From the human T2T-CHM13v2.0 reference genome, Homo sapiens: a stretch of 64,000 nt of DNA. The position numbers were made by a program, and so were the translations under genes. Location: the NCBI RefSeq assembly GCF_009914755.1, contig NC_060925.1; one strand, given 5' to 3'. Positions 15,016 to 33,095 of the stretch are shown here, piece by piece; the stretch's first letter is position 1; every line of letters starts with the position of its first letter. Below the pieces are notes generated by a model that did not search any database, was not told where the DNA came from, and saw only the letters and a program-made list of their open reading frames with translations.

Positions 15016-15864
15016 CTGCAGGGCAGAGGGAATAGCAATGAGGGCAGGGGCTCCCCCTCCCCCAGCCCGCTTCTGATCCCTTCTAGAGGAAGGGGTCCTC
15101 GATTCGATTCTACTGCAACCCGAAAGTCTGGCTTCAGCCTCACCCACACCCAGGATCCCGTCAAACACCTCCCTCTCGCCCCTCACGGGCGCGCGGGGAG
15201 CGAGCGCGCAGAGGGCGCGACCGGCAGGAGGCGCTGGGGTCCCGTGGCCCCCACCCCCGTCCCCCGGGGCGCGCTCTCTATTCCGCGCGGAACCGCTCCG
15301 GATCTGCTGTGCGGATCCCGGGCAGGCGGGCGAGCCGCTCTAGGCGACATTGGGCGGGAAGCCGCCCCGGGGCGCTGTCTCTCTGCACCTGGACGGCCTA
15401 TTTTCCCAGCCTCCCGCTTTGTGTAAGTGGCCCCCACCCACCCCAGGCTCTCCCGCATCTCGGCTCCCCCTTAAAAAAAAAAAGACCGTGGGCCACCGAG
15501 GTCGGGTCGGCGGGTGGAGTGCGCTCCCCGCCGGGCCCCAGCTCCGCGGCCCCTGGGCGCCCCCTTGGCGTGGCCCAGCAGCGCCTTTGTTCCCCGCGCG
15601 GCACTCGGGGCGGCCGGGGGGCAGCGCCGGGGACCGGGGCCGCGAACAAAGAAGGCGGCAGGGCCCGGCCGGCGCCCCCTCCCCGCCCCTCCCCTCGCTT
15701 CGCCCGCGGGGGCTGCGGCGCCGAGAACAAAGGGACCGGGCGGGGGAGGGGGCGCCGCGTGTCCCGGGCCGGACAAAGCGCGCGGCCCCGGCCCCGGCCC
15801 CGGGCCCTAGAAGGGGCGAGGTGCGAGAGGAGGGGCTGGGGCCGGCCGGGCCAAGCGTACCCAC

Positions 15865-15951
15865 CTGGCCGTTGGCCTTCGCGGGGGAAGCGCCTGCTGC
15901 CTCCTCGGCGGTCACGTCGCCCCGGGGAGCCTTGGAGCTCTGGCTGCCCAT
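15865..15951 (-). CDS. MARCKSL1: MARCKS-like protein 1, exon 1 coding part
   Basis: ATG at 15951; MGSQSSK myristoylation motif; ...KANGQ|gtggg. Confidence 0.98.
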
Positions 15952-16172
15952 GATGGGGGTCTGCTGGGGGGCGCTTGGAGCCGCCCCGGGCTCGCGCCGC
16001 AGGGGATAGTACGGCGGGGTCGGCCCGGCCGGCGGAGGGGTGGGGCTGGCGCCCGAGGGGGAGGGGTGCCGGGGGAAGCCGAGCTGCACCTCCGCTCCGC
16101 GGCCGACCCGCTAGCTGCGCCCGCCGCCGCTCCGCTCCGCGCCAGAATGCCGCCCGCCGCCCGCCGAGCTGC

Positions 16173-16245
16173 CTATATATAAGCGCCCGGAGCTCGGGGC
16201 GGGGCCGGACATTTAAATGCGCGCCCAATCGAGGGGCGGAGGCGG
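16173..16245 (-). promoter_or_regulatory. MARCKSL1: MARCKSL1 core promoter (TATA, CCAAT, GC boxes)
   Basis: TATATATAA 16174-16182, CCAAT 16225-16229, GGGGCGG 16233-16239; implies TSS near 16145. Confidence 0.8.
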
Positions 16246-18429
16246 GGTTGGCTCGCAGGCCCCACTTGCGCAGCAGGCGACGCTGGCGGTCGGGTACCCC
16301 CCACCCCACCCGAATCCCAGGGGCAGGTAGAGTCCGGTGTGGGCAGGAGCGAGGCCAGTCCTCCCGCGAGCTGGGCGGGGCGGGGCGGGGGGCCTGGAGG
16401 AAGGAGACGGGCAGTCATTCCATCCTCTCCGCTCCACCTCTCCGGTGGGCGCCCCCGCAGCCTGGAGCGGCCCCCAACGCCTTGGTCCTGCAGCCGCTGG
16501 CAGTCTCCCGCTTGAACCCTTCGAAGGGCTCACACGACCAGGCTCGTCAGATGGCTGGTCCTGAATTATACTCTAGAAATGTGGTCATAGAAGCTGCAGG
16601 GCCCCTGCGCTGGGCTCGGCACCCGCTCCGGCCTGGAGAGCGGTCAGAGGTCCCACCCACGTCCCTGCCTGCCTGCCATGGCCAGCCGGGGAGCGGAGGG
16701 CTCTGCCTTGCCTCGGGGTCACTCTGGTCGGACTAGTGAGGCCTTTCCCTCATTCCTCCTTTCAGTCCCTTGGTGGCCAGTCATTCTGAGTGGGGACAGA
16801 CAGATTCGCCTTGAGCCCCTCCTGCCCTCAGCCTGGACCCACTGCAAAGTCCCACGTGGGGGACTTTGTGACCTTGAAGGGCATCTCCATCCCCATTGAA
16901 AGGCCAAGGCTCAGAGGCATTGACAACCTGTCTGACTTGGCTCTGGTCCTTCCTCTTTACCTCCACACACAACTCTGCTCCCCTACATCAGGGTGCCCCA
17001 GGCCGGCAGAGGAACCCCAGCTGGGGACTCAACAAACCTCAAAACACCCCAGTTTCTGAAGGGGAGGGATAGGATGCTACCAAGGGTCCCTTCAAGGGAC
17101 AGCCCCTTGAGGACAGCCCTCAAAGCTGCCCAGCCCAGCTTCCCACCCTGCCTGAGAGCAAGGGAGCCCGGAGGTGCTCCGGGCTGGAGACTCCCTAGCT
17201 TTGGTCCTCTGCCACCTCTCCTTCTGCTGGCCTGGATAGGCTGGTGGGAACCCCAGAATCCTGGCCGGCCCCGGATGTCTGTGTCCGGCTGCCAGCCCTC
17301 AGCCCCCAGGAGGAAAGGGATGGGGGCTGGAAGGAAGCAAAGTGTTGCAAATGCAAGGCTGTGTCCCAGCCAGCTCAGCAAGTCCCTCCCCTCCCTCCTA
17401 CGGTGAAGCCTCCTGGGAGGCCTGAGGCTGTGAAGTGTGGAGACACCCCAGGGCCTGAGAAATTGGGAACTCCCCAGAGATCTGACCACAGAGGGGCGGG
17501 GAGGGCTGAGGTGGCTTCTGCATTCTGCACTCACTCCTGTATCCTCCATCCCCACCCCCACCCTGAGACTACAGAATACCCTCAGCTATCTCAGCTTCAC
17601 TTGCCCCCCACCCCCGCCCCATTTCACAGACTGGGACCCTGAGGTTCAGGAAGAGAAAGTGACATGCCCAAGGGCACACAGCAGCTACCAGTAGCTGAGG
17701 GTGAGAAAAGGCTTGGAGAGGTTTGATAACATGGGCCAAGGGCTGTAAGGAATCCCCTGGCAGAATTTTCTGTTGAGATCTGGGGCTGCCTGGTCAGAGT
17801 GGGAGGCAAGGGCTAGCTTTGGGACGGGGAGAGGCACTGTGCCCCCACTGCAGCTCACTGAAAGTACCGTGACTTCTCCACAGCTTGCCACTAAGGGAAG
17901 GATGTCATGACCTGCTCTCTGTCTCAGCCACAATAGGGAACCCACAATGCTGCCAGGCGCTGCCCGCACCAGCTGGCTGGGCTCAGAGGGACGGAGGGTG
18001 TGTGAGTCTTGCACGGGTTGGGGTCAGAGGTTAAGAGCAGAACCTAAGGCTTCTGATCCCCAGGCACTGCCTGGCGGGGATGAGAGGCAAATCTTCCCAA
18101 GGATCCCAGGAGGGGCATCGAAGAGCATCAGGGTAAAAGACCCCAAGTCCCCAGAGCCCCAGAGGGAGCCTGGTCCCCAGGGGATGCCCTGTATCCCCAC
18201 CAGACATCCCAGGAGGCTGGGGAGGGGGCGCCTGGGAGCCTGATCCCTCAGCAAATCCAGGTCCCAGCAGAATCTGACTTCTGGAAGAGGCAAGAGGTTT
18301 AGGATGCTTCAGGGTGGGGGTGGGAGGTTACAGCAGCCCCATGGCCTCCTCGGTCCACACTGCAGCTCCTTCCTCCCCAGCTGCTGCCAACCCAGACAAT
18401 GCGCCCATTGTTCTGCGTCTCCGGGAGCC

Positions 18430-18720
18430 AGTGTGCAACTGCGTGTATCTGTTTCTCTCTGTGTGTGACTGTGTGTATTGCTCTGTGTCTGTGTGTGTGA
18501 GACTTTCTGGCTGTGTGTGTGTGTGCGCGTGTGCCCAGGTGTGCACATTTGTGGTTGCGTGCGTCTGGATCTTTGTTTGGCCCTGTATATTCAAGGGTGA
18601 AGGAGAGAGCCTGGTGATCCTGGTAACTGAGACTTGCTGGGTTTGTGCCTGCCCTTCCTTGAGACTGTTGGTGACTGTGTCTGACTGGGTGTGAAACTGA
18701 GTGTGTGGCTGTATGAGAGA
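18430..18720. repeat. Degenerate (TG)n-rich region
   Basis: Many interrupted TG runs. Confidence 0.75.
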
Positions 18721-20447
18721 ATATCGATGGGCCGGGCGTGGTGGCTTCTCGCCTGTCATCCCGGTGCTTTGGGAGGCTGGGGCGGGAAGACTGCTTAAGC
18801 CCAGAGTTCGGGAATATCTGAATGTGTGGAGCAAAGAGCGGCTCCTTTATGTCTGGGTGAGTGTTCCTGTGGCGGTGGGGAGCTGTGTGTGCCTCAGTGT
18901 GTCACTGAGGCTGTGGCTGTGGTGGTTAGAACCTTTGAGATGTGGGCGTTTGCCAGGATGGAGTGACAGGGAAAGGAGGAATGAGGACAGGGTGACGCTG
19001 GGATGGATGGGGGAATGGAAGGTGCAGAGACCAGAGACCCCACGTTCATACAACTCCTCATCTGTCCCAGTTCTCCTAGTAAGGGCTCTGGCCCTGGCCC
19101 TGGCCTGAGATGCTCCCGGCCCCACCATGAATCAGGCACGGACAGCAGGGGATGAATTTCCCTGGCAGGCAACCTGGGGCCTCTGGAGAGACGCAGGGCA
19201 GGGGTGAAGATGGGAGGGGGCAGCAGAAACCAATGCCCCATGAAGGAGGTTGGGGGATACTTTAAGGTCTGTCAGGCCCCGGAGCCTTGTGTTGAGGACT
19301 GGATTAGATGCCAGGGGAGGTGTGAATGGGCAATATGTAGTCAGAGATGGAGGCATGGGCCTTCCTAGCGGAGGGACTGGCATATGTAAAGGCCTTGAGA
19401 TGGGAAGACACATCATCAGAGGTCCCAACGGAGGCCCTAGGGAACAGCTACTTGGCACAGCCCCAGTCCCCATCTCCTTCTGGGGAGCATCAGCTGGACC
19501 TGGAGACCTCGGTTCTTGCCCCAGGTTGGGCACTTCTTGCTGTCACCATCAGCCAGTCCTCTCTCCTCTTTGGCCTCAGTTGGCTCATCTGTACAGTGAG
19601 AGGTTGGGCTCTGTGATTCATAGTTGCAGATACTGACTGGAGTTCCTCTTTCTGCTCACACTTAGACGTCTAAGAGTAAGTAGTGAGTCAGGCAGGGTCC
19701 CAGCCCTCAGGGGTTTCCCATGACGGGAGGGAGAAAAGAGACAGGCCATATCTTAGGGAGAAGAAAGCCAGACCTAGCATTAGATGAAGGAACTGTGGGC
19801 TGCCTGGAGGAAGAAGAACATGGAGAAGAGCTCAGAGCAAGACAAAGTGGGAACAGGAATGGTAGGTGTGAGGGTGCAGAGGGAGGCAGAGGCCTTTGCT
19901 GGAGCAAGGTTTGGGAGGTGGGATCTCTAGGATTTGGTAACTGGCTGCGTGCAGGGACCAGATACTGATGCTGCCCACCTTTCTGTTTGGGGTGACAGTG
20001 GGTGAAGTGGACCTGTCAACTGAGATAGGCCATCAAAGGGAAAAAGAACATGGGAGGGAGTTGCTGAATCTAGCCCTGTTGCGTTTGCGATGTCCAAGGA
20101 AGATTCAGGGGGATGCGCAGAAGGCAGCCTGAAGTCTGTATACTTCACATAGACATGTGATCACATTTCCTGAGCCAAAGGCTGTTCCTAAAGGCTGGCT
20201 AGTGACTTTACAGGGACAACAGACAGAAGGTTTTTAAGTCAGGACTGACCCCTGGAAATCTAGGCCTCTGATTGTTGCCAATAAGAGGGTAACGGCAGCC
20301 AAGTCGTGCATCAGACGCCCAGGAGATGCCTGGGTGGCAGGAGCACTGCATTGGTGGGCAGCAGCAGGAGAGGGCTCTGGGAAGAAGCCAGCAGCTGACT
20401 AGGGGCAGGAGAAAGCACAGAGTGCAGACCAATGGGAAGAATCTTTA

Positions 20448-21198
<751 letters not shown>

Positions 21199-22054
21199 GT
21201 TTTTAAAGGCAGGAAGAACAGAGAGTAATCACCGTCATTGCTGCCGGCGTTGGTTGCGTGCCTGTTGTATGGCAAGCCTTGTGCCGCCTGCTTTCCATAT
21301 GTTCCCTCTGGCCCTGTGAGATGTGTACCACCATTGTCCCCATTTCCAGAGGAGGAAACAAGGCCAGGACTGGGGGAAGGTGGCTTTCAAGAGCTCTGAG
21401 GCGTGTGTGGTGCTAGGGTCAGCTGGAGGCATCCAGAGAGGGTTGTGAGCTCAGGATGAGAGGAGCTGCCAGAGGTGCTGGCAAGGAGAGCTGAGGCAGC
21501 TGCAGGGCCTGCCCCAGGGGCTGGACACTGCAGAACCAGAGCTATTCTCATTCGCCTGGGCTCTCTGGCTCCCGGCTTGGTTGTCAGCAAGACCCAGGTG
21601 TGCTGCGTCCCTGCCAGTGACAGGCCTTGAGCCCTGCTCTGGATACGGGGGCACCTCAGGGGCCCTTCACTGGGACCTGCCATCCAGACAGTGACCAAAT
21701 CATAAGGACAGGGGTTCGAAAGTTCCCTTTCAGAATTCTAGGCCACCCAGACCTTTCATTTCTCCCTTCCCCTCCCCCTTCCCCTGGTTGTGTGTGTGTA
21801 TGCACTTGTGCACAGGTGCACACGCATGTGTATGTGTGGTGGTTGCATAGACTGGATGAGGCCCAGCCACTATCTGATAGAGCTGTCTCTCTGGGGCTCA
21901 GTTTCCCCAATAGCAAAGAAGCCTGTAATTCCAGCTCACCTGCTGACCTCCCCCAGGCTTGATGAGGTCACCAGAAATTCAACCCAGTTTATCTGGGCTG
22001 CCCGGAGCTTACCCTCTCCCACTTCTCACCTCTTCCTGACTTTCAGTTTCTTTA

Positions 22055-22486
<432 letters not shown>

Positions 22487-22841
22487 CTAGCTAGTCCCCA
22501 ATCCCACCCCTTTCTACATCACTCCAACCCCACCCCACCACCTCTCCTATTCCGCCTCTTCCCCCAGATGATCCGAGCCCACGCTACTGCTGCCTTCCAG
22601 CTTTGCAGCCCTAGACAGGTCCCTTCCCCTTGCTAGCCCCACTCGCCCACTCTAAAATGAAGACACTGGGAACCCCTTCAGGTGGTTGTGAGGATTGGGT
22701 GAGGTGTCGTTGTGTTGAGGTGGTGTTCGTGGTGAAGAGGTGGCTCCATCACCACTGTGTGACTTCAGGGCCTCTCTGAGTGAGCCTCAGTATCCTCATC
22801 TATAAAATGGGAATGATAATAGTACTCATTCTGTGGGGTTA

Positions 22842-23348
<507 letters not shown>

Positions 23349-23569
23349 TCAACAGTTTCCCATTCTTGTCCTCTCTCTCTCTCCTCTCTTTCTGCCCTGG
23401 GGAGGGGAGCTGGGAGCCTAGGATTGCCCTGAGTCAGCCCTGTGGCCCCTTCATCATCTTTCGTCTGGGGCAGGTAGTGAAGGCACTGACTGGGCTGTTC
23501 CAAGGATGGGAATTGTTCAGGGGGGAATTTATTTGGCTTCAATAAATTTCCTTATTTCCTTCCTTCTCT

Positions 23570-25171
<1,602 letters not shown>

Positions 25172-25639
25172 TGATCTCAGCTCATTGCTCCTCTCCATGC
25201 CTCGCCCTGTGGAAGACCCTTCATTCACCTGGGCTGGGTTACGTCATCAGCTTCTCACTGACCTCTCTGCCAACCAGTTCTGCCCCTCCAGACATTCTCC
25301 ACTGTCTCAGGGTCACTTTCTAATAGAGGGTGCTCAGCAGCTATTTGTTGACAGACAAAGTAAACGAGGGGAGGAATGAACAAAGGCGTGACAGAAGTGT
25401 AAAAACAAATGTGCTCCCCTTGGATTTTAACCTTTCAGTGGCTCCCTATTGCTCTCAGGACCAAGCCCGAGCCTTACATTTAAGGTATTTGCTATCGGAG
25501 CCCCACAACACACTCTGGGCTTCTGGCCAAGCCATAACCTTGCTCTCCTTCCTGCCTTTGCACAGGCAGTCCCCTCTGCCTGGCTGTCTTTCCCTGCTGT
25601 TGCAGTAATCGAGGTCAGAGATGATGGGGCCTGAACTCA

Positions 25640-26300
<661 letters not shown>

Positions 26301-26955
26301 GAAAATGGGCAGAAGGGCGTGTCAAGCACCACGGAGGAAGCTGGGGAAGAGCAGCGGTGTGTGCATAGAAAAAGAGGGGTCGGTTTGGTCCAGGCTAAAC
26401 CAAGGTGGCTTTGGGATGTCATTAGATCTATGGCCTGGAGAGAAATCTGTGTTGGAGAGAAAAAATGAGACCATCGACCACCCCTCTGTCTGTCTTTTCT
26501 CTCTCCTATATCTATGAGCTCAGCTATATGCTACTCTGAAGTCTCTATCTCCAGCCTAGATCTTTGTCCAGAACTCCCGGTGACCTTGGAGGTCACCCTG
26601 GATGTCCCATAGGGACCTGTAAAACAGACAAACAGGCCCCAGTGGACACAGATCAGAGAGGACAGAGTTGGAGGCAGGAAACCCAGGGAAAAGTCAATGG
26701 ACTCGTCCAGACAAAGGCAATGGTGGCCTGAACTAGGCGAGGGAACAGGGTAGAGGAGGAGAGGATGAAGTCTAGAGACATTCCTGGATCAGAGAGCCCC
26801 AGAGATGGGGACTAGGTTCTGCGCGAAGGGAGAGGGGCTGGAGGAGGGAGGGACATGGCTGCTGCTCCGGAGAGCTGGGTATGGGGCTGCCCTGAGCTGG
26901 CCTCATTTGAGGTGGAGCCCACCTGGCTGCCAGTCTCACCTGTTTCTTTGACTGA

Positions 26956-27901
<946 letters not shown>

Positions 27902-28649
27902 TAACCCCTTGTACTGGCTTTCAAGGTCTTTGAAGCTATGCCCTGGCTGGCCTCATTTTAGGGAGAGCCCGCTTGGCTGCCAGTCTCACAAATCCCCAAA
28001 CCTTTCTCCACGCTGTGCCCTCTGCCTGGAATATAGCTCCCTGGGCATGTGCACCCCAGTGCCCGCCCACCTGTCAAGAACCAGCTCCAGGGACCCCTCC
28101 AGAAGACTTTCCTGACCCACCAGATGACCCACTGTGCTCCAAACTAATGTCACCTTCCTGTGACACTGTACTCAGCTGGTGCATGTCTCCTCTTTCTGTG
28201 GCACTTTGAGAGTCAGGAGAGGAGGAACCAGGCCTTTTTCATCCATTATCCCCCCAAGGAGCTCATGGGTGGGGTGGGCATGGTGGGAAGGTCAAGAGGT
28301 GATGGCAGAATCTCTTCCAGCCCTGTAGGTTTGGTCAACTCAGTGTGTGTCAATGGGAAAAACCGAGATCATCCCCTCAAAGTAGAGATAGCCAGAGTGA
28401 GGCCACAGCGATTTTATTTGGAGAATGAAGGGCAGAACCACAGAGATCTCAGGAGGGAGGGCAAAGGTAACTCATCGTCATCCACAGAGAGGGGACTCAG
28501 GATTACGCTGTGCGTCCAGGCCATCTTCCCTCCCAGCCCAGCCTTGGCACAAGTCGGCCCCAGGATCATCATGTGATAGAGCCTGAAGCCTGTCTCCCCA
28601 AGTCCCTGGAAAGTAGACATCTGTGACAATCCTCCCGAATCCCAGGGCA

Positions 28650-28900
28650 CAGGGAGCATGGCTGAGCACGCCAGACTGCCTGGGCTCAAATTCTGTCCTG
28701 CCATGAACTGCCTGGGTGTCTTTGGACAAGTCATTTGACAGCTCTGAGCCTCCGCCTTCTCATCTGAGGACAACAGGAATAATGAGGGTACCCACCTCAT
28801 GGGGATGTGATGAGGCTTAAAGAAGAAAATGCATGCAAAGTTTTAGCACAGTACCTGGCAGTGAGTATATGTGCAATAATATTAATTATTACTATTTTAT
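28650..28900 (+). mobile_element. MIR
   Basis: MIR core and 3' end. Confidence 0.8.
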
Positions 28901-29714
28901 CAAGAGGCCTGGATTCTGGTCCCAGTTCTGCCACTGTTTTCCCTCCCTGGGCCTGCTTGAGTTTCTGTCTATAAAGTAGGTGTTAATTGATTAAATGAGA
29001 TAATGGATGCCAAAGAAGCTTCTGAGATGAGTGATTATTTCTGCCCTTTGAAGTTCACTTCCCCGAGGCTGCAGGGTGTTGTCACCCCCACTCTGTCAGG
29101 TCTTTACTGGGCTCTCCGTCTAGGCCAGGACCCGTTGCTGAAGGGTCAGCCCATCTCCTCCCTTCTGCCCACAAGGCAGAATAAGAGGAAAAGGCTGGGG
29201 TTGCCTCAGCGGGGTCTGTGGTTAGACAGGACGAAGAACTTCCTTCCGGACTGCAGGATGCTGCCCTGGGAAGGAGCCAGAGGTCGTGGGACTGATGCTG
29301 TTGTGGGGAGGAGTTGCTTCCAGGGGAATGGCCAGGCCCAGCCAGTTAAGCCAGAGTTAGCCAGTGGGGTGAATCTGTTGGGCAGTGACCTCACTTCCAG
29401 AGACCCTGATGGGGCCCTGTTTAAACTGGCCCCAGGGCTCCCAGGATCACAGACTACAAACAAAAAAGACACAGAAACACTATTCTCCAGGCACAGAGAG
29501 CCAGAGGCAAGTGGTTACCAACAAGACTACACTGTTCCGTCCACCAAGAACACTCTTCCCAAGCTCTGGAAGCGGCTGACCATCCTTGCTAGCCTCGTTT
29601 AAGACTTGCCTCCTCAGAAGTGACCTCCCGACAACACATGCATTCTCTCAGCATTTACTGTGCCCCAGCTATGTGTTAGGCACTGTTCTAGACCTGTGAA
29701 CAAGACCAAGTCCC

Positions 29715-29966
29715 GGCATGGCGTGGTGGCTCACGCCTGTAATCCCAGCACTTTGGGAGGCCAAGGCGGGCAGATCACAAGGTCAGGAGATCGAGACCAT
29801 CCTGGCTAACATGGTGAAACCCCATCTCTACTAAAAATACAAAAAATTAGCCGGGCGTGGTGGCAGACTGAGGCAGGAGAATGGCGTGAACCCAGGAGGC
29901 GGAGCTTGCAGTGAGCCGAGATTGCGCCACTGCACTCCAGCCTGGGCGACAGAGCGAGACTCCGTC
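29715..29966 (+). mobile_element. AluY-like with internal deletion and atypical tail
   Basis: AluY diagnostics; 13-bp TSD aagaccaagtccc. Confidence 0.9.
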
Positions 29967-30206
29967 CCCCTGCCCCCTCAAGAAAAGACCAAGTCCCTGC
30001 CCATCCCATATCAAGTAGCACCTGACCCAGCCCTGTTCTTCTCAAACATAACACACTGTTTCTCTCTCCAGTTTATGGCCTGTCTCCCCACCAGAATGTA
30101 TGTTCCATGAGGGCAGGGACCTCAACTGTTTGCTTCACCAGTGTAAACCCAGTGATTAACTCAGTGTATAAACCTGTCACAAATCACTAAAACATGCCCT
30201 TGATAA

Positions 30207-30515
<309 letters not shown>

Positions 30516-30969
30516 AAGCCCTTGATAAATATTCGTTGACTAAATAGACACATAGATCAGAGATAGAACACACAGAAACAGAACCACACTCAGAGGTGGT
30601 ACAGACTTTCAGAGATGCACCGAAATGTGAACACAGACACACAGGATGATCACCACGACAGGGCCCTTCAAACTGACCCCGAGCTTCCCTTCCCTTGGTC
30701 ATTCAGCTTCGCCTCTAGGCCCAGGGCTGGAGTCACCTTTGCTCTGACCCAGTTGGTGCCCACCCGAGTGCACCACTTTCCTGGTCCCCGACTCCCTGCA
30801 CTGGGCACAGAGCTGGTATTATGTTTGAGGAGTCCTATTTGGGGCTCCTCTACTTTTTTGGGGATGTCTCCTGACAAACAGAAATTTCAACATAGTCAAA
30901 TTTGTCAATCTTTTTAAAAGTATGTTTGTGTCAGCCCAAGAAGAGCGGGGAAAAATAACCCTGCAAAGA

Positions 30970-32200
30970 CCACGCCCTGCACTCGGGGCCCCTCTGACTG
31001 CGGCTCATCTGCACAGGGTCCTGGAGCCTCGCAGGCCGCGACTGCAGCAGGCCAACCTCGTGCTCGGGCCTCGCCCCTCCCCCACGCCTCTAGCTAGGCC
31101 CCGCCCAAGACCTGCCCCTCCGCGAGCCCCCGCCCACCTACAGCGCCCCCTGTGGCCACGCCCCTCACCGGCTCTCACGGGCGCAAGGGAACTAGATGTC
31201 GCTTCCTTTTGCCCAGAAAATAGTAGTTAATATTCTGCCACCGGTGCTTCCACCTGGAGGGAAGGGAAATCGGGAAGACGGGATTGGGGCAAGTGTCCCT
31301 TCCCTCCGGGTCTGCGCCCACTCCGCCTAGCCCCGCCCCTTCCTTCCGCTCCCGGTCGCCCTCAGACCCCGCCCTTCCCACCCAGTTCCGCCCCCTCCCC
31401 TCGCCCCCAGGCCCGGATCCTCGGCTCTGGATCCGCCCCTTCCTTAGACCTCGCCCCTTCGCATAGGCCCCGGTCACCCCGTCTACTCCCCGGGCCCTCG
31501 CCCCGCCCCTCCCGGCGCACTCACGTGAGTCTCGGGCGCGCGCCGTAGCAGCTGGGCCAGCGCGCCGAGGGTACGTCGGCCAGGCCGGTGGCCGGGGGCA
31601 GCAGTAACAGGTTGCGTGCGGGCCAGTGCCAGGCGGCACCCGGAGGGTGGCGGCGCTGCGGGCTCAGCCAGTAGTCGCCCAGGCTGCGGCGGGCGGCGGG
31701 CGCCGGCAAGACCGGGCCCCGGCTGCCCCAGAAACACAACTCCTGGTCCAGGCGGTGCGGGGCCGTGGCCTGGGGCCGCCTGCGGGGGAGATGGGACAGC
31801 GGTCACCCCAGGAGAACACGACAGGCGGGGAGGAGGAAGTTGCCTCCGATCGGACGAGGCAGGGCACGGGCCGGGGTCACTCCTGGTCGATTTAGAGGGA
31901 CGTGGAAAGGGACTGGAGGCCCCCACTGGCGCCTTCCCAAGGACCTGAGTGCCTCCTCCCCCAGCTGCCAGACCAGGGCGCTTTATCCAGCTGGCGCCCT
32001 CCCTCGGGCCCCCTCACTGGGACAGAAGAAAATTCACCACGAAGTGAGCAGTCTCGGTGAATAGCATGGTGTCCAGCCGGTCTGGCCCGACTTCGGCCTC
32101 TCTTTAATACCTGCCTGGGCGAGGAGGGGGAGGCCTGAAAACCCATATTCCCCCCGGGCCCGGCTGTTTTTAGCAGAAGGCCAGGAGGCGTCAGCTGGCA
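30970..32200. promoter_or_regulatory. Orphan CpG island with GC-box arrays and E-box
   Basis: CpG-dense; many CCCGCCCC; TCACGTGA at 31521-31528. Confidence 0.85.
31175..32114 (-). pseudogene. Candidate cryptic multi-exon gene or unitary pseudogene (exons 32114/32067-32018, 31779-31525, 31253-31175)
   Basis: Polypyrimidine+CAG acceptors and GTGAG donors; phase-2 introns join into a 127-codon ORF from ATG 32067; no homology verified. Confidence 0.45.
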
Positions 32201-32260
32201 GAGGGGTTGGGGGCAGAGCTGGTCTCTCTCGTGAGGTCTAGTCTAGTCTGCCCCCACTAG

Positions 32261-33095
<835 letters not shown>

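Larger units (their letters stand above)
15160..16700. promoter_or_regulatory. CpG island over MARCKSL1 promoter, exon 1 and intron
   Basis: Very high GC and CpG density. Confidence 0.9.

Noticed and set aside
15004-16736. Long overlapping ORFs (up to 303 aa) in the MARCKSL1 CpG island
   Set aside because: Stop-codon scarcity in GC-rich DNA; low-complexity P/A/R/G content
29003-29602. 199-aa ATG-initiated plus-strand ORF
   Set aside because: No recognisable domain; splice signals here favour the minus strand; unsupported without conservation data
31141-31158. CTCF-like motif cagcgccccctgtggcca
   Set aside because: Imperfect match in a GC-rich island; cannot be supported without ChIP data
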